Positions 21,795-24,000 of a stretch of 24,000 nucleotides of DNA are shown here, piece by piece (the stretch's first letter is position 1; every line of letters starts with the position of its first letter). The notes below the pieces were generated by a model, which made no database searches, was not told the DNA's origin, and worked only from the letters and a program-made list of their open reading frames with translations. The DNA lies in NCBI GenBank assembly GCA_041625325.1, contig JBFJTN010000007.1:15425-39424 (forward strand), written 5' to 3'. Source of the stretch: Oceanococcus sp. Lineage in GTDB: Bacteria; Pseudomonadota; Gammaproteobacteria; Nevskiales; Oceanococcaceae. Both the position numbers and the translations under genes were made by a program.

Positions 21795-24000
21795 ATGCAT
21801 TCCAACAACCTCACCGGATTCAGCAAATGGTACGTCGACGTTACCGTTCCGCTGATTTTTTACAGGAGAGGTCCGCTTCTGACGGTACTTCTGCTGATCA
21901 CGGGAATCCTTGCCTGGCAGGCGTCTCAACTCCGACTGGATGCTGGGTTCGAAAAGATGCTTCCGCTTGAACATCCCTACATTCAGGTGTTCAAGCAGTA
22001 TGAAAAGGAGTTCGGCGGGGCCAACCTTGTACTGCTTGCTGTCAAGCAAAACGAGGGTGCCGGCGATATCTATCAGGCTGATTTCATGCAGACCCTGCGT
22101 GACGCCACTGACGCGATGTTCTTCCTGCCCGGAATGGATCGCTCAAGGGTCAGTTCCATCATGACCCCCGATGTCCGCTATCTGGAAGTCATGGAATATG
22201 GCTTTCGAGGGGGCAATGTCGTCCCCGCAGACTTTCGACCAACACCGGAGATGCTCGAACAGGTCAGAAAAAACGTTTCCAAAGCGGGAATTATCGGACG
22301 CCTGGTCTCCAATGATCAGACGGGCGCCATGGTTTTCGGGGAACTCCTCGAACGGGATCCCATCACCGGGGCAAAACTTGACTATTTCGAAACCGCCGAC
22401 CGGATTGAGGCTGTCCGTCAAAGGTTCATCAGCCCGGATCGTTATGAATTCGTGCTGAAGTCGGATCACGACAACCTGTCGGCTGGTGATGTCATCCACG
22501 TCGCGTACGAAGACCCGCGGAGCCTGTTCTTCCAGTGGGAAACATTCAATCTGCGATACCAAGGGCCGGACAACGCCTTCAAAACGGCCCCGTTCAAGGG
22601 CTCGGACTTCGAGATCAGAAAATCCGCAAACCCCGACTACAACCCGAACATCGATGTGCATGTGATCGGCTTTGCGAAAATCATGGGCGACGTCGCCAAT
22701 CACGCGGGAGAAGTCGTTGGCTACTTCGCCCTGACGATTTTCCTGGTCTGGATGGTGCTCTGGCTGTACACCGGCTCGCCTGTGATTTCTTTGTTGCCGC
22801 TGTCCTGTGCGCTTCTTGCAGTGGTGTGGGAGCTCGGGCTGCTGCACCTTCTTGGCTTTGGTCTCGACCCCTTCGCGATTCTTGTGCCCTTCCTCGTCGT
22901 TGCGATCAGCATCTCACACGGCATTCAAATTACCAGCTTCTGGCTACTGGAAGCCGCCGAAAAGAGCCTGAGCAGCTTTGACGCATCCCTGTCCACCTAC
23001 AAGCGACTCGTTGTCCCAGGGATCACTGCGCTGATCACGAATGTGGTGGGCTTCGCGACGCTTATGTTGATCCCCGTGGGGATCGTGCAGGAAATGGCCA
23101 TCAACGCCAGCCTCGGCCTGATTGCTGTCGTGGTATGCAAGAAAGTCCTCCTGCCCTGCATGCTGTCCTTCGCACCGATCAAGGACCCACAGAAATTCCA
23201 GGATCACCAATTCCGACGCGACAGGTTGCTCGCGCCGATCTGGCACAAAGCGTCCTACCTGACCCACAAGCCGATTGCCCTTATCGCCCTGGCAGCTGTC
23301 GCAGTAACATGGGGCTGGGCCGAGATCGTCAAACAGGATCTGGCCATCGGAGAACTCCACGCTGGCACCCCAGAGCTTCGACCGGACTCCAGATACAACC
23401 TGGACACTGACGCCATCGTAGAAAACTTCGCTATCGGCGTTGATGTCCTCAAGATTATTGGCGAGAGCAAAGCTGACAGCTGTATCCAGCATGAGGTCAT
23501 CGATACGATCGACCGGCTGTCCTGGCATATGCGGAACACACCGGGCGTCCAATCGACTTTGTCTCTGCCACAAATGCAGAAACTGGTCTACAACAGCTAC
23601 AACGAAGCGAACCCCAAGTGGAACACCTTGCCACGCGAATCAGGCGCATTGGTCGTCACCGTCCAGCCCTTCCCCAGTTCAACTGGTCTGCTGAACGAAG
23701 ACTGCAGTGCAATGCCACTTTTCGTTTTCACGGCAGATCACAAGGCCACAACTATCGATACGGTGATTGAATCCTTCCACGCGTTCAACGACACCCTCCC
23801 CTCCGAGTCACCGATCAGTTTCCGACTTGCAACTGGGAATGTCGGGGTCATGGCCGCCACCAACGAAGTCGTTCGAGATACAGAGCCGACAGTGCTGTTC
23901 TGGCTTTACCTTTGCATCGGATTCGCCGTCTTCATGTCTTTTGGAAGGACGCTTGTCGGCGTGATCTGCATCCTCACGCCGCTGATCGCTGTATCGGTCA
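21795..24000 (+). CDS. RND-superfamily (MMPL/HpnN-like) inner-membrane exporter, C-terminus beyond window
   Basis: Not in the ORF track because there is no stop within the window. I translated it manually: the frame from ATG 21795 stays open to 24000 (735 codons). It reads MHSNNLTGFSKWYVDVTVPLIFYRRGPLLTVLLLITGILAWQASQLRLDAGFEKMLP.., then a large periplasmic loop, then a TM bundle (VVGYFALTIFLVWMVLWLY..LLPLSCALLAVVWELGLLHLLGFGLDPFAILVPFLVVAISISHGIQ), then a second loop and the start of a second TM bundle. Confidence 0.8.
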   Translation, partial: MHSNNLTGFSKWYVDVTVPLIFYRRGPLLTVLLLITGILAWQASQLRLDAGFEKMLPLEHPYIQVFKQYEKEFGGANLVLLAVKQNEGAGDIYQADFMQTLRDATDAMFFLPGMDRSRVSSIMTPDVRYLEVMEYGFRGGNVVPADFRPTPEMLEQVRKNVSKAGIIGRLVSNDQTGAMVFGELLERDPITGAKLDYFETADRIEAVRQRFISPDRYEFVLKSDHDNLSAGDVIHVAYEDPRSLFFQWETFNLRYQGPDNAFKTAPFKGSDFEIRKSANPDYNPNIDVHVIGFAKIMGDVANHAGEVVGYFALTIFLVWMVLWLYTGSPVISLLPLSCALLAVVWELGLLHLLGFGLDPFAILVPFLVVAISISHGIQITSFWLLEAAEKSLSSFDASLSTYKRLVVPGITALITNVVGFATLMLIPVGIVQEMAINASLGLIAVVVCKKVLLPCMLSFAPIKDPQKFQDHQFRRDRLLAPIWHKASYLTHKPIALIALAAVAVTWGWAEIVKQDLAIGELHAGTPELRPDSRYNLDTDAIVENFAIGVDVLKIIGESKADSCIQHEVIDTIDRLSWHMRNTPGVQSTLSLPQMQKLVYNSYNEANPKWNTLPRESGALVVTVQPFPSSTGLLNEDCSAMPLFVFTADHKATTIDTVIESFHAFNDTLPSESPISFRLATGNVGVMAATNEVVRDTEPTVLFWLYLCIGFAVFMSFGRTLVGVICILTPLIAVSV

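Noticed and set aside
22143-23573. Minus-strand ORFs 22143-22847 (234 aa) and 22944-23573 (209 aa)
   Set aside because: Both lie antisense to a single + frame that stays open for 2.2 kb from ATG 21795 to the window end and encodes RND-like TM bundles. The minus ORFs are His/Arg/Asp-rich with no TM or domain pattern.
1-24000. Search for CRISPR arrays, tRNA/rRNA genes, IS elements, integrases and long direct or tandem repeats
   Set aside because: None were recognised. The only recurring non-coding element is the 17-nt motif reported above. A proper scan (tRNAscan, Infernal, ISfinder, repeat finder) is still advisable.

Overview
A bacterial chromosomal fragment with GC in the mid-50s % by eye. 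Gene content suggests a hydrocarbon-degrading Gammaproteobacterium, but that is inference only. I can support 22 protein-coding genes. Two are cut by the window edges and are absent from the supplied ORF track. I found no rRNA, tRNA, CRISPR, transposase or integrase. The main feature is a pmoCAB/amoCAB-type copper membrane monooxygenase (CuMMO) operon on the minus strand: C 14807-15586, A 13901-14665, B 12659-13891. All known Cu-ligand motifs are intact, and a translationally coupled fourth gene (12078-12659) sits in the PmoD/AmoD position. The context is neither methanotroph-like nor nitrifier-like. Directly upstream and co-directional are DUF1329, an unusually long DUF1302 outer-membrane protein, a BNR/Ycf48-like beta-propeller and a long Cys-free MerR regulator, all divergent from an RND/MMPL-type exporter. 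On the other side lie a TetR regulator with a FadL/TodX channel, then a copper-protein trio (membrane-anchored multicopper oxidase, DUF4399-like protein, atypical cupredoxin). Beyond that are two tandem hotdog thioesterases and an alkL/alkJ/alkK-like operon (OM barrel, GMC alcohol dehydrogenase, acyl-CoA ligase, crotonase, hydrolase). A dyad-containing motif (RTGTATAGTRAY-[0 or 7 nt]-RCTAT) occurs only in the three main intergenic control regions, which suggests a single regulon. My main hypothesis is an undescribed CuMMO-based system for oxidising hydrophobic substrates (alkane/alkene), with dedicated envelope-trafficking and copper/electron-supply modules. All family assignments rest on motif recognition by eye; no database search or computation was possible.
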